From an uncultured Methylomirabilota bacterium (GTDB lineage Bacteria > Methylomirabilota > Methylomirabilia > Methylomirabilales > 2-02-FULL-66-22), in assembly GCA_963845565.1 (NCBI GenBank), contig CAWJSJ010000002.1, positions 2,304,001 through 2,368,000 on the forward strand: DNA of 64,000 nucleotides, given 5' to 3'. The translations under genes were made by a program, and so were the position numbers. Below the pieces are notes generated by a model. It made no database searches. It was not told the origin of the DNA and saw only the letters and a list, made by a program, of their open reading frames with translations. Below, in pieces: positions 1-8,670 of this stretch (position 1 is its first letter; every line of letters starts with the position of its first letter).

Positions 1-1515
1 GCGTGTTGCCTGGCGGTCCTGTTGAGCATCGCGCCCGCAGGCGCGGCGGAGGACGGTCCCTCCGCGACCTTGAATCTCTGGCCGGTATTCGACGACCGTG
101 TGGACCCCCTGGAGAAGGCCCGGGTCCGCTCGGGCGTGGGGCCCTTGGTGCATTCCAGTCGCTCCCTGGACGGCGACGTGACGGAGTTCGCCCTCCGCCC
201 GCTCTTCTTCCGACGCGAAGAACTGGGGGCGCAGCGCCTAGAGTGGGAGTTTCTCTACCCCCTGATGACCTATCGGCGCAGCGGGAACGACTGGGACTTC
301 CAGTTCCTGCGGCTGCTGACCGCGCGCGGGGAAGGCAGTCCGCAGGCAGGGCGCGAGGAGCGCGCCGACTTCTTTCCGTTCTACTTCAGCGGCGTTCGCG
401 ACAATGGCGAGTCGTACCTCGGGGTCATGCCGTTCTGGGGGCACGTCTACGATCGGTTCTTCTGGGAGGAGTTCGAGTGGGTCATGTTTCCCCTCTACGC
501 CCGGAGCGTCCGGCTGGGGACCGAGACCCACTACTTCCCCTGGCCGCTGATCTCCATCACCCGGGGTCTGAATCCCGAGGGGAACCATCGCGGATTTCGG
601 TTCGTGCCGCTGTACGGGCAGGAGGTGAAGGACGGGGTATTCGAGAAGTATTTCGCGCTCTGGCCGCTCTTTCTGTATCAACGGACCGGTCTGGACGGGG
701 ACGAACCGGAGACGGTCATGACCGTCTTGCCGTTCTACGCCGCGCGACGGTCCGTGAAGTGGGACCAGACGACGGTGCTCTGGCCGCTCTTCATCTACAC
801 GGATGATCGCGAGCGGGGATTCGAGCAGTGGGATGTGGCGTGGCCCGTCGTCAAGGTGGCCCGCGGAGAGAATCGCCAGGCGCTGTATATCTTCCCGTTG
901 TACATGCAGGACCGCAAGGTCCTCCACGACGAGTTCCTGTTTCGGGAGATCATCTACGACGACCTTGCCGTCCTGTATCCGGTGTTCATCCGGCAGACGG
1001 AGGAATTCATCGGGAGCCGCAAGGTGCGCACCCGGATCCTGTTTCACCTGTACTCCGACGCGCGAGAGGAGGGGCGGGACGGCTCGACCCGCCGGGTCGA
1101 CGCCTGGCCGTTCGCCCGCTACCAGCGGGATCGAGAGGGGAACGTGCTGTTCCAGAGCCTGGCGCTGCTGGAGGCGTTCATGCCGGCCAACGAATGGATC
1201 GAGCGCAATTACTCTCCGCTCTGGTCGGTGTACACCTACCGGGCGAACCCCGCCGGTGAGACGGTCCACTCGTTTCTCTGGAATTTTGTGCGCCACGAGG
1301 AGACGGAGACCGGCCGCTCGATCGAGGTGCTGGGCCCGCTCTTCGCCTACCGCGAGACCAGCGAGGGGGCGCGAACGACGTTCCTGGGCGGGCTCGTCCA
1401 CTATGAGGTGCAACCCGGCGCGCGCTCGGTGCGCCTGGCGACCGGGTTCGAGATGACCTGGACCGATCCACTCCAGGCGGTGGCGGTCCTCGACCTGGCA
1501 GGAGGGAACCGGTGA
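1..1515 (+). CDS. Exported beta-hairpin repeat protein (5'-truncated), first visible gene of the MCE/Mla operon
   Basis: Frame 1 is open from base 1 (ACCLAVLLSIAPAGAA|ED, signal-peptide-like). About 20 repeats such as LWPVF, LRPLF, LYPLM, WPLIS, LWPLF, LGPLF. Stop overlaps the mlaE start (GTGA). Confidence 0.8.
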   Translation, partial: ACCLAVLLSIAPAGAAEDGPSATLNLWPVFDDRVDPLEKARVRSGVGPLVHSSRSLDGDVTEFALRPLFFRREELGAQRLEWEFLYPLMTYRRSGNDWDFQFLRLLTARGEGSPQAGREERADFFPFYFSGVRDNGESYLGVMPFWGHVYDRFFWEEFEWVMFPLYARSVRLGTETHYFPWPLISITRGLNPEGNHRGFRFVPLYGQEVKDGVFEKYFALWPLFLYQRTGLDGDEPETVMTVLPFYAARRSVKWDQTTVLWPLFIYTDDRERGFEQWDVAWPVVKVARGENRQALYIFPLYMQDRKVLHDEFLFREIIYDDLAVLYPVFIRQTEEFIGSRKVRTRILFHLYSDAREEGRDGSTRRVDAWPFARYQRDREGNVLFQSLALLEAFMPANEWIERNYSPLWSVYTYRANPAGETVHSFLWNFVRHEETETGRSIEVLGPLFAYRETSEGARTTFLGGLVHYEVQPGARSVRLATGFEMTWTDPLQAVAVLDLAGGNR

Positions 1516-2276
1516 CAGCCTTGCGCGAACGCTTCCAGCGCATGCTGCAGGCGCTCGGCGAAGGAGGGGTCCTGTTGGTCCAGGCGCTCTACTGGTCCAA
1601 GGCGGCCCCCCGGAATGCCGACAAGATCCTGAGCCACTTGCTGGAATTCGGCAACGCCACGCTTCCCATCGCCTCCCTCATGGCCGTTTTCATCGGGGGC
1701 GTGCTGGCCCTGCAGACCGGGTCGCGGCTGGCCCAGTTCGGCCTGGAGGGGAACATCGGCGGGATCGTGGGGCTGAGCATGGTGAAGGAGTTGGGCCCGG
1801 TCATGACGGCCCTCCTGGTGGCGGGTCGGGTGGGATCCGCCATCGCGGCCGAGGTGGGCGCCATGAACGTGTATGAGGAGATCGACGCGCTCAAGACGCT
1901 GAACATCAACCCGGTGCGCTACCTGGTGATGCCGCGGTTGGTCGCCGCACTCATTGCGGTGCCGGCGCTGTGCATGTATGTGAACGTGATCGGCCTGGTG
2001 GGCGGGGCCATCGTGGCGGCCGTCAATCCCAAGATCGACGTCAGCATCCGGCTCTTTCGGCTGAATTTCCAGGAGATCGTCAAGTTTTCGGACGTGATGG
2101 ACAGCCTGCTCAAGGCCGTGGTCTTCGGCGTGGTGGTGTGCATCACGTGCTGTTTCGTGGGTCTGCGAACCACCGGCGGGCCCGAGGAGATCGGCCGGGC
2201 GGTGACCCGGGCGGTCGTCCTCTCCTTCATGTTCATCTTCGTCCTGAACTACCTCATCACCCGCATGATGATGTGA
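1512..2276 (+). CDS. mlaE: MlaE-family ABC transporter permease
   Basis: KELGPVMTALLVAGRVGSAIAAEVGAM..EEIDAL..NPVRYLVMPR signature; SD GGAGG upstream. Confidence 0.92.
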   Translation: MTALRERFQRMLQALGEGGVLLVQALYWSKAAPRNADKILSHLLEFGNATLPIASLMAVFIGGVLALQTGSRLAQFGLEGNIGGIVGLSMVKELGPVMTALLVAGRVGSAIAAEVGAMNVYEEIDALKTLNINPVRYLVMPRLVAALIAVPALCMYVNVIGLVGGAIVAAVNPKIDVSIRLFRLNFQEIVKFSDVMDSLLKAVVFGVVVCITCCFVGLRTTGGPEEIGRAVTRAVVLSFMFIFVLNYLITRMMM

Positions 2277-2281
2277 CGGCC

Positions 2282-3094
2282 ATGAGCGCTTGGTTTCGAT
2301 TCCTGGGCACGAGCGACGATCCGGATGGCCGCGAGGCGCTGACCGCGACGCGGGCGGTGCCCGGTGTCCGGGTGGAGGTGCAGGGCCTGAATAAATTCTT
2401 CGGGCCGAAGCGCGTCCTCCGCGATCTGACCCTCACCGTCGAGCCGGGGGAGACCTTTGTGATCTTCGGACCCTCGGGGTGTGGGAAATCGGTTCTCCTG
2501 AAGCACATCACCGGCTTGCTCGTCCCCGACTCGGGTCGCATTCTGGTGGACGGCGAGGAACTCCAAGCGGGCGGCGGGACCCAGGGGTTCCGCATGGCCA
2601 TGGTGTTTCAATCGGCGGCCCTCTTCAACTCGCTGTCGGTGGGAGAGAACGTCGGGCTCTGGCTGAAGGAGCACCGGGTGTGCGGGGCGGCCGAGATCGC
2701 GCGGATCGTGGCGGAGAAGTTGGCGCTGGTGGGCCTGGCCGGCACGGAGCGGGCCAGGCCGGCGGAGCTGTCCGGCGGCATGAAGAAGCGGGTGTCCATT
2801 GCCCGCGCCCTGGCGGTCAACCCGCACCTCATCCTGTACGACGAGCCGACGGCCGGCCTCGATCCGGTCCTGACCGAGCAGATCGGCACCGTCATCTCCG
2901 ACCTGAAGCGGCTCCGGATTACGGCCATCGTGGTGACGCACGACCTGAACTTGGCGGCAGCCGTGGCCGATCGCATGGGGATGATCCACGAGGGGCGGGT
3001 GATCGAAGTCGGTACGCCGGCCCAGATCTGGGCGACTTCGAATCCGGTCGTGCGGGCATTCCTCAGCACGCAGATGAAGGTCCCGGGCCGCTAG
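2282..3094 (+). CDS. mlaF: MlaF-family ABC ATPase
   Basis: Walker A GPSGCGKS, signature LSGGMKKR, Walker B ILYDEPTAGLDP; sits between mlaE and mlaD. Confidence 0.9.
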   Translation: MSAWFRFLGTSDDPDGREALTATRAVPGVRVEVQGLNKFFGPKRVLRDLTLTVEPGETFVIFGPSGCGKSVLLKHITGLLVPDSGRILVDGEELQAGGGTQGFRMAMVFQSAALFNSLSVGENVGLWLKEHRVCGAAEIARIVAEKLALVGLAGTERARPAELSGGMKKRVSIARALAVNPHLILYDEPTAGLDPVLTEQIGTVISDLKRLRITAIVVTHDLNLAAAVADRMGMIHEGRVIEVGTPAQIWATSNPVVRAFLSTQMKVPGR

Positions 3095-3117
3095 GGCCCC
3101 GGAAGGAGGTTATACCG

Positions 3118-4263
3118 ATGGCGGCGTCGCGAGAAGTGCGGGTCGGGTTGTTCCTGGTGGTCGCCTTCCTGATCCTGATCGCGCTCTTCGAGGTGCTCGG
3201 GAAGGACACGATCTTCGCCCGGATGGTGGAGTACAAGACCTCGTTCAAGTCCATCCCCAGCTTGAAGCTCGGCGATCCCGTGCGTCTGGCGGGCGTGGAC
3301 GTGGGAAGCGTGCGGGACATCCGGGTCATCGGCGCGCGGGTGGAGGTCACCGTGCGGGTCAAGCCCGGGACGCCGGTCAAGACCGACTCCATCGCGACGA
3401 TCAAGTTGACCAGCCTGTTGGGGACCAACTTCGTGGACCTGACATTCGGTTCGCCGGTGGCGCAGTTGGCGCCGCCAGGCAGCGTCCTGCAAAGCGCCGA
3501 GCCGCCGGATCTGAATACCATGCTGGCCCGGCTGAACGACGCCGCCGGGGACGTCCAGATACTCGCCAAGCAGCTGAACGAGGGCCTGGGAAAGAGCTTC
3601 GAGCCGATCACGAGCGCCTTCCAGAGCATGGAAAAGATCGCCAAACAGATCGAGAAGGGGCAGGGGACGCTCGGCAAGCTGATCGCCAACGACGACCTCT
3701 ACCGGGAGATCCAGGGGATCGCCACCAACATGAACAAGCTCAGTCAGCAACTCGCGCGCGGCGAGGGCACGCTGGGAAAATTGGTGAACGATGACGCCCT
3801 GTACAAGGACCTGCGGTCGCTCACGGCGGACCTGAAGGTCGCCTCCCAAGGGCTGGCGCGCATGTCCAAGGATATCGAGGCCGGCAAGGGAACCCTCGGC
3901 AAGCTGGTAAAGGATGATGCCCTCTACGAGGAGGCCAAGACCACGCTCACCCAAGCTCGCGAGGCGCTGGGAGGCATCCAGCTCATGTCGAAGCGGATCA
4001 CCGAGGGGAAGGGTACGCTGGGGCGCCTGCTCAACGACGACTCCCTCTTCACGGATATGAAGGGAGCCGCGGCCAGCCTGAACGGCATCATGAAGAAGGT
4101 GGAGCGCGGCGAAGGGACGCTGGGGAAGCTGCTCAACGACGACTCCCTCTACTTCACGACCAAGGACAGTCTGAAGAAGGTGGGGAAGGCTGCCGACCAG
4201 CTCCGCGAGCAGGGGCCGATCAGCATTATCGGGCTCGGCATCCAAGCGCTGGGTGCCTTCTGA
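3118..4263 (+). CDS. mlaD: MCE/MlaD-family protein with long repeated helical C-terminal extension
   Basis: SD GGAGGT; N-terminal TM helix; MCE domain (LKLGDPVRLAGVDVGSV..TSLLGTNFVDL); five GxGTLG(K/R)L repeats. Confidence 0.88.
   Translation: MAASREVRVGLFLVVAFLILIALFEVLGKDTIFARMVEYKTSFKSIPSLKLGDPVRLAGVDVGSVRDIRVIGARVEVTVRVKPGTPVKTDSIATIKLTSLLGTNFVDLTFGSPVAQLAPPGSVLQSAEPPDLNTMLARLNDAAGDVQILAKQLNEGLGKSFEPITSAFQSMEKIAKQIEKGQGTLGKLIANDDLYREIQGIATNMNKLSQQLARGEGTLGKLVNDDALYKDLRSLTADLKVASQGLARMSKDIEAGKGTLGKLVKDDALYEEAKTTLTQAREALGGIQLMSKRITEGKGTLGRLLNDDSLFTDMKGAAASLNGIMKKVERGEGTLGKLLNDDSLYFTTKDSLKKVGKAADQLREQGPISIIGLGIQALGAF
3658..4152 (+). repeat. Five intragenic GxGTLG(K/R)Lxx(D/N)DxL(Y/F) peptide repeats in MlaD
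   Basis: Repeat starts at 3658, 3760, 3883, 4006, 4108 (spacing 34, 41, 41, 34 aa). Confidence 0.9.
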
Positions 4264-4274
4264 CGGGTACGCGC

Positions 4275-5669
4275 ATGGGTGCGAGGCGCAGCCATTTCGA
4301 GTGCCAGCAGTGCGGCTACCAGGCGCCCCGTTGGCTGGGGCGCTGTCCGGATTGCGGGGCGTGGGCAAGCCTGACCGAGACCGCGGCCCCGGAGGTCGGT
4401 CCGGGACGAGGGCGTGAGCGGCCGGTGCCCGGCGCGGCCCCGCCCGTGCTCCTGTCGGACGTCCCCGGGTACGCCCATCGGCGGGCGCCGACGGGAATCG
4501 GCGAGTTCGACCGGGTCTTGGGCGGGGGGCTGGTGCCGGGCGGCGTGGTGCTGGTCGGCGGGGATCCGGGCGTCGGGAAATCCACCCTGCTGCTCCAAGC
4601 GGCGGGCGCGTTGGCCCGCCGCGAATTCGCGGTGCTGTACGTGTCGGGGGAGGAGTCCCTGGCACAGGTGAGCGAGCGCGGCCGCCGGCTGGGAGCAGAC
4701 GCTCCGGGCCTCTACCTCGCCGCGGAGACCTCCCTGGAGGCGGTGCTGGAGCAGATCGCGGGGCTGAAACCCGCGGTGGTCATCGTGGACTCCATCCAGA
4801 CCGTCTGGAGTCGTGGCCTCGAATCCGCTGCCGGCAGTCTCAGCCAGGTGCGCGAGGTGGCGGGCCGTCTCACCGAGGTGGCCAAGCGCGAGGAGATCAG
4901 CGTCTGGCTGATCGGCCATGTGACCAAGGAGGGAAGCCTGGCGGGTCCTCGGGCTCTGGAGCACCTGGTGGACACGGTGATCTATTTCGAGGGGGACCGT
5001 CAACACAGTCACCGGATCCTGCGGGCAACCAAAAACCGGTTCGGCCCGACCGACGAGATCGGAGTCTTCGAGATGCGGGCGGATGGACTCGCCCCGGTGG
5101 ATAACCCGTCGGCGCTCTTTCTGGCGGAGCGGCCGCCGCAGGCCACCGGGTGTATCGTGGTGGCCACGCTGGAGGGGACGCGCCCCATTCTGCTGGAACT
5201 CCAGGCGCTGGTCACCCCTACGGGAGCCGCCGTCCCGCGCCGGGTGGCCAACGGGCTGGATACCCAGCGTGTCGCGATGCTCCTGGCCGTGCTGGAGAAG
5301 CGACTCGGTGTCCGGCTCGGAGACGCGGATGTCTTTTTGAACGTGGTCGGCGGGCTGGAAGTCCGGGAGCCGGCGGCGGATCTGGGGGTGATGGCAGCCG
5401 TGCTCTCCAGCGTTCGGAACGCGCCGGTCGAACCGACCTGGGCGTTCTTCGGTGAGGTCGGGCTGGGTGGCGAGGTGCGCGGCGTGCCGCAGGCGGAGAA
5501 GCGTCTGCTGGAACTCGCCCGTTTGGGGTTCACCCGGGCGATCCTCCCGCGCGCCTCGGTGGAGACCCTGGTCGGCAGTCCCACGCTGGAGACCACCGGT
5601 GTGAGCCACGTGGGCGCCCTGGAGGATCTCTTCCCCGCCAGGCGCGCGGCGGGGCGAAATCCGGTTTGA
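4275..5669 (+). CDS. radA: DNA repair protein RadA/Sms
   Basis: CQQC..CPDC zinc finger, GGDPGVGKSTLLLQ Walker A, KNRFG motif, Lon-like C-terminal domain. Confidence 0.97.
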   Translation: MGARRSHFECQQCGYQAPRWLGRCPDCGAWASLTETAAPEVGPGRGRERPVPGAAPPVLLSDVPGYAHRRAPTGIGEFDRVLGGGLVPGGVVLVGGDPGVGKSTLLLQAAGALARREFAVLYVSGEESLAQVSERGRRLGADAPGLYLAAETSLEAVLEQIAGLKPAVVIVDSIQTVWSRGLESAAGSLSQVREVAGRLTEVAKREEISVWLIGHVTKEGSLAGPRALEHLVDTVIYFEGDRQHSHRILRATKNRFGPTDEIGVFEMRADGLAPVDNPSALFLAERPPQATGCIVVATLEGTRPILLELQALVTPTGAAVPRRVANGLDTQRVAMLLAVLEKRLGVRLGDADVFLNVVGGLEVREPAADLGVMAAVLSSVRNAPVEPTWAFFGEVGLGGEVRGVPQAEKRLLELARLGFTRAILPRASVETLVGSPTLETTGVSHVGALEDLFPARRAAGRNPV

Positions 5670-5694
5670 CTGCAGGCGTGGAGTATGGTTTAAT
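5666..5694 (+). promoter_or_regulatory. Sigma70-type promoter for carD
   Basis: TTGACT (5666-5671), 17 bp, TTTAAT (5689-5694), preceded by extended -10 TG. Confidence 0.6.
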
Positions 5695-5729
5695 TCACCG
5701 AAAACTTCCGTCCAGAAAAGGGGACAGCA

Positions 5730-6212
5730 ATGTTCCAGGTTGGCCAGAAGGTCGTGTATCCGACGCACGGCGTGGGGCGGATCGAGGCCATCGAGCAGAA
5801 GGAGGTTTCCGGGAGTCGGCAGTCCTATTACATCTTGCGTATCCTGGGCAACGACATGCGCATCATGGTGCCCACGGGAAACGCCGAGCGTGTCGGCCTG
5901 CGCCAGTTGATCGGTCCCAAGGAAGTCCGCAAGGTGATGGAGATCCTCCGGAAGAAAGACATGGAGATCTGCCCCAACTGGAACCGGCGATTCAAGGACA
6001 ACCTGGAACGGATCAAGACCGGGTCGCTCTACGAGGTGGCCACGGTTCTCCGCAAGCTGGTGCTGCTGCAGAAAGAGCGCAACCTGTCGTTCGGCGAAAA
6101 GAAGATGCTGGAGACCGTCCGCCAGCTCCTCGTGAGCGAGATCTCCCACGCGGTCGGGATGAAAGAGGGGGATGCGCGCTCCATGGTCGATCGAACTATC
6201 GCCAAGGCCTGA
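5730..6212 (+). CDS. carD: CarD/CdnL transcription regulator
   Basis: FQVGQKVVYPTHGVGRI RNAP-interaction domain; NWNRRF with conserved Trp; LSFGEKKML. Confidence 0.95.
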   Translation: MFQVGQKVVYPTHGVGRIEAIEQKEVSGSRQSYYILRILGNDMRIMVPTGNAERVGLRQLIGPKEVRKVMEILRKKDMEICPNWNRRFKDNLERIKTGSLYEVATVLRKLVLLQKERNLSFGEKKMLETVRQLLVSEISHAVGMKEGDARSMVDRTIAKA

Positions 6213-6243
6213 GACCTCCTGACTTAGGAGGAGGGGACTCCGC

Positions 6244-7257
6244 GTGTCGGAATCGGTGCTGCGCATCCTGGTCGTGGCCTTGTGCGGTGCGGCTGGTCTG
6301 CTGGGCGTGACGTTACGCCACTCCGGGGAGTGGTGGGCGATCTTGGGGGGCGTGGCCGGTCTGGCCTTCGGGTTGATCCTGGTGCTGGTGGAGCGGCAGC
6401 TCCGCCGCGCTCCGGGCCGGGTCATCCTCCACGTGCTGGCGGGGTTGATCGTCGGTCTGCTGGTCGGGGGGCTGCTGTCCGTCCCCATCGCCAACCTGTT
6501 CATCGGCCTCCCGCCCGAGATCGGCCTCTTGGTCCAGACCCTCTGCCTGCTGGGCGGTGGATACCTCGGTGTCCTGGTTGCCCTGGACAAAGGGGACGAG
6601 TTCAGTGTCGCGGGATTCATCCGACTCCTCAAGGAACAGCCCCGCGCCGAAAGCTACAAGCTCCTCGACACCTCGGTGATCATCGACGGCCGGATTGCGG
6701 ATATCACGGAGGCCGGGTTTCTGGAGGGGACGTTGGTGATCCCTCAGTTCATCCTGCGGGAGCTGCAGCACATCGCCGACTCCTCCGATCCGCTCAAACG
6801 GAACCGGGGCCGGCGCGGTCTGGACATCCTGCAGAAGATCCAGAAGAAGGTGGACATCCGGGTCGAGATCAGCGACATGGAGTTCCCCGAGGTCCGGGAG
6901 GTGGACAACAAGCTGGTCGCGATGGCCAAGGTGCTCCATGCCAAGATCGTGACCAACGATTTCAACCTCAACAAGGTCGCGGAACTGCACGGAGTCGGGG
7001 TCCTGAACATCAACGAACTGACCAACGCCCTGCGCCCGGTGGTCCTGCCGGGCGAAGACATGCGCGTCTACGTCCTGAAAGAGGGCAAGGAATACAACCA
7101 GGGGATCGCGTACCTGGATGACGGGACGATGGTGGTGGTGGACAACGGGCGACGGCACATCGGCCAGACCATCGACGTGTGCGTGACCTCGGTCTTGCAG
7201 ACCACCGCCGGGCGGATGATCTTCTCACGCCTCAAGGAAGAGGCGGAGGCAGCCTAA
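6244..7257 (+). CDS. Membrane PIN/TRAM-domain protein (YacL-like)
   Basis: N-terminal TM helices; LDTSVIIDGRI PIN motif; GRRGLDIL; TNDFNLNKVA; TRAM domain GKEYNQGIAYLDDGTMVVV. Confidence 0.93.
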   Translation: MSESVLRILVVALCGAAGLLGVTLRHSGEWWAILGGVAGLAFGLILVLVERQLRRAPGRVILHVLAGLIVGLLVGGLLSVPIANLFIGLPPEIGLLVQTLCLLGGGYLGVLVALDKGDEFSVAGFIRLLKEQPRAESYKLLDTSVIIDGRIADITEAGFLEGTLVIPQFILRELQHIADSSDPLKRNRGRRGLDILQKIQKKVDIRVEISDMEFPEVREVDNKLVAMAKVLHAKIVTNDFNLNKVAELHGVGVLNINELTNALRPVVLPGEDMRVYVLKEGKEYNQGIAYLDDGTMVVVDNGRRHIGQTIDVCVTSVLQTTAGRMIFSRLKEEAEAA

Positions 7258-7265
7258 CCTCGGCG

Positions 7266-7349
7266 ATTCCCAATTCCCAATTGCCAATGTCCACACCGGG
7301 GGTGGCGGTAGCCACCCGGCTTGGGATTTGGTCATTGGGAATTGGGAAT
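7266..7349. repeat. Inverted repeat built from tandem heptamers (TTCCCAA/TTGGGAA) around an inner hairpin
   Basis: ATTCCCAATTCCCAAT (7266-7281) is the exact reverse complement of ATTGGGAATTGGGAAT (7334-7349); inner GGGTGGC-GGTA-GCCACCC (7300-7317). Confidence 0.85.
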
Positions 7350-7366
7350 TTCCTTTTGAGGGTGAG

Positions 7367-8071
7367 ATGCACGTGACATCCATCGTGCCCGCAGCCGGGG
7401 CGGGGACGCGCTTCGGAGGGGCCGTTCCCAAGCAGTATCTGGCGATCTGCGGCCTGCCGATCTTGGCCTGGACACTCAGGGCGCTGGCGGCCTCCGGCCA
7501 GGTAGATTGCGTCATCCTGGTGGTGCCCCCCGGACAGGAGGCCCGGTGCCGGGCCGAGATCCTCGGGCCGTGCGGTCTTGCCGTGGAGCGGCTGGTGCCG
7601 GGCGGCGCGGACCGGCAGGCGTCGGTGTGCGCCGGGTTGGCGGCGGTCCCCGGGGAGACCGACGTGGTGCTGGTGCACGATGGGGCCCGCCCCCTGGTCA
7701 CCCCCGAGATCGTCAACGCCGCGATCCGGGTTGCCGCGACGGAGGGAGCGGCGGTGGTTGCGGTCCCGGTGACGGACACGATCAAGGTGGCCGACGTCGA
7801 CGACCGGGTGGTGGAGACGCCGCCACGGGGCCGACTGTGGGCCGCGCAAACGCCGCAGGCTTTCCGGGCGGGGTGGTTGCGCGCGGCACATGCGCGGGCA
7901 CTGGCGGATGGGTTCCGAGGAACCGACGACAGTAGCCTGGTGGAGCGGATGGGTCACCGGGTCCGGCTGGTGCCGGGGTCACCGGAGAACCTCAAGATTA
8001 CAACGACGGCCGACCTCGTCCGGGCGGAACAGATCCTGCGGGGACGTATGGCGAATGACCATGACGACTGA
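7367..8071 (+). CDS. ispD: 2-C-methyl-D-erythritol 4-phosphate cytidylyltransferase
   Basis: AAGAGTRFG..PKQY, VHDGARP, QTPQAF, TDD, NLKITT motifs. Confidence 0.95.
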   Translation: MHVTSIVPAAGAGTRFGGAVPKQYLAICGLPILAWTLRALAASGQVDCVILVVPPGQEARCRAEILGPCGLAVERLVPGGADRQASVCAGLAAVPGETDVVLVHDGARPLVTPEIVNAAIRVAATEGAAVVAVPVTDTIKVADVDDRVVETPPRGRLWAAQTPQAFRAGWLRAAHARALADGFRGTDDSSLVERMGHRVRLVPGSPENLKITTTADLVRAEQILRGRMANDHDD

Positions 8072-8134
8072 CCGGCGTCCCGCCCGCAACGGGCGGACGA
8101 CCGTTCTGCGGTGGTCATTGGGGGTCGGTCATGG
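8054..8134. repeat. Degenerate heptamer-type inverted repeat (AATGACC/GGTCATT) around an inner hairpin
   Basis: AATGACCA (8054-8061) pairs with TGGTCATT (8112-8119); CCATGAC pairs with GTCATGG (8128-8134); inner CGCCCG-CAA-CGGGCG. Confidence 0.55.
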
Positions 8135-8143
8135 GAGCCGCGC

Positions 8144-8641
8144 ATGGTCCGAGTAGGTGTGGGGTTTGATATACATCGGCTGGTGCCGGGCCGACCGCTG
8201 ATCCTGGGGGGAGTGGCGATCCCGTTCGAGCGCGGGCTGGACGGGGATTCGGACGCGGACGTCCTCACCCATGCCATCCTGGACGCGCTGCTGGGCGCGG
8301 CCGGGTTGGGCGATATCGGTGTGCACTTTGGGGTGGGTCGACCGGAGAACATGGGAATCTCCAGCCTCCTGCTCCTCGAGCGGGTGGTTGCCCTGCTTCG
8401 CGCCCGGGGGTACCGGGCGCACAACGTGGATGCGACAGTCGTGGCCGAAGCGCCCAAGATCGGTCCCTTCATTCCGACCATGCGGGCGACGCTGGCGAAG
8501 GCGCTGGGCATCCCCGAGGAACGGGTGAACGTCAAGGGAACCACGGCAAAGGGATTAGGGGCACTGGGGGCGGGTGAGGGGATCGCGACGTTTGCGACCG
8601 CCTCCGTCGTTCGCCGGCCGCCCTCCCGCCGCTTGCGGTGA
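8144..8641 (+). CDS. ispF: 2-C-methyl-D-erythritol 2,4-cyclodiphosphate synthase (divergent)
   Basis: RVGVGFDIH, SDADVLTHAILDALLGAAGLGDIG, NVKGTT..GEGIA; directly follows ispD. Confidence 0.9.
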   Translation: MVRVGVGFDIHRLVPGRPLILGGVAIPFERGLDGDSDADVLTHAILDALLGAAGLGDIGVHFGVGRPENMGISSLLLLERVVALLRARGYRAHNVDATVVAEAPKIGPFIPTMRATLAKALGIPEERVNVKGTTAKGLGALGAGEGIATFATASVVRRPPSRRLR

Positions 8642-8670
8642 ACCGGGTCCGGGGAATCCGAGGGATATCC

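Noticed and set aside
7266..7349. CRISPR-like or toxin-antitoxin RNA repeat next to the PIN-domain gene
   Set aside because: Only short heptamers in inverted arrangement, no repeat-spacer periodicity and no cas genes; the PIN/TRAM protein is the housekeeping YacL type.
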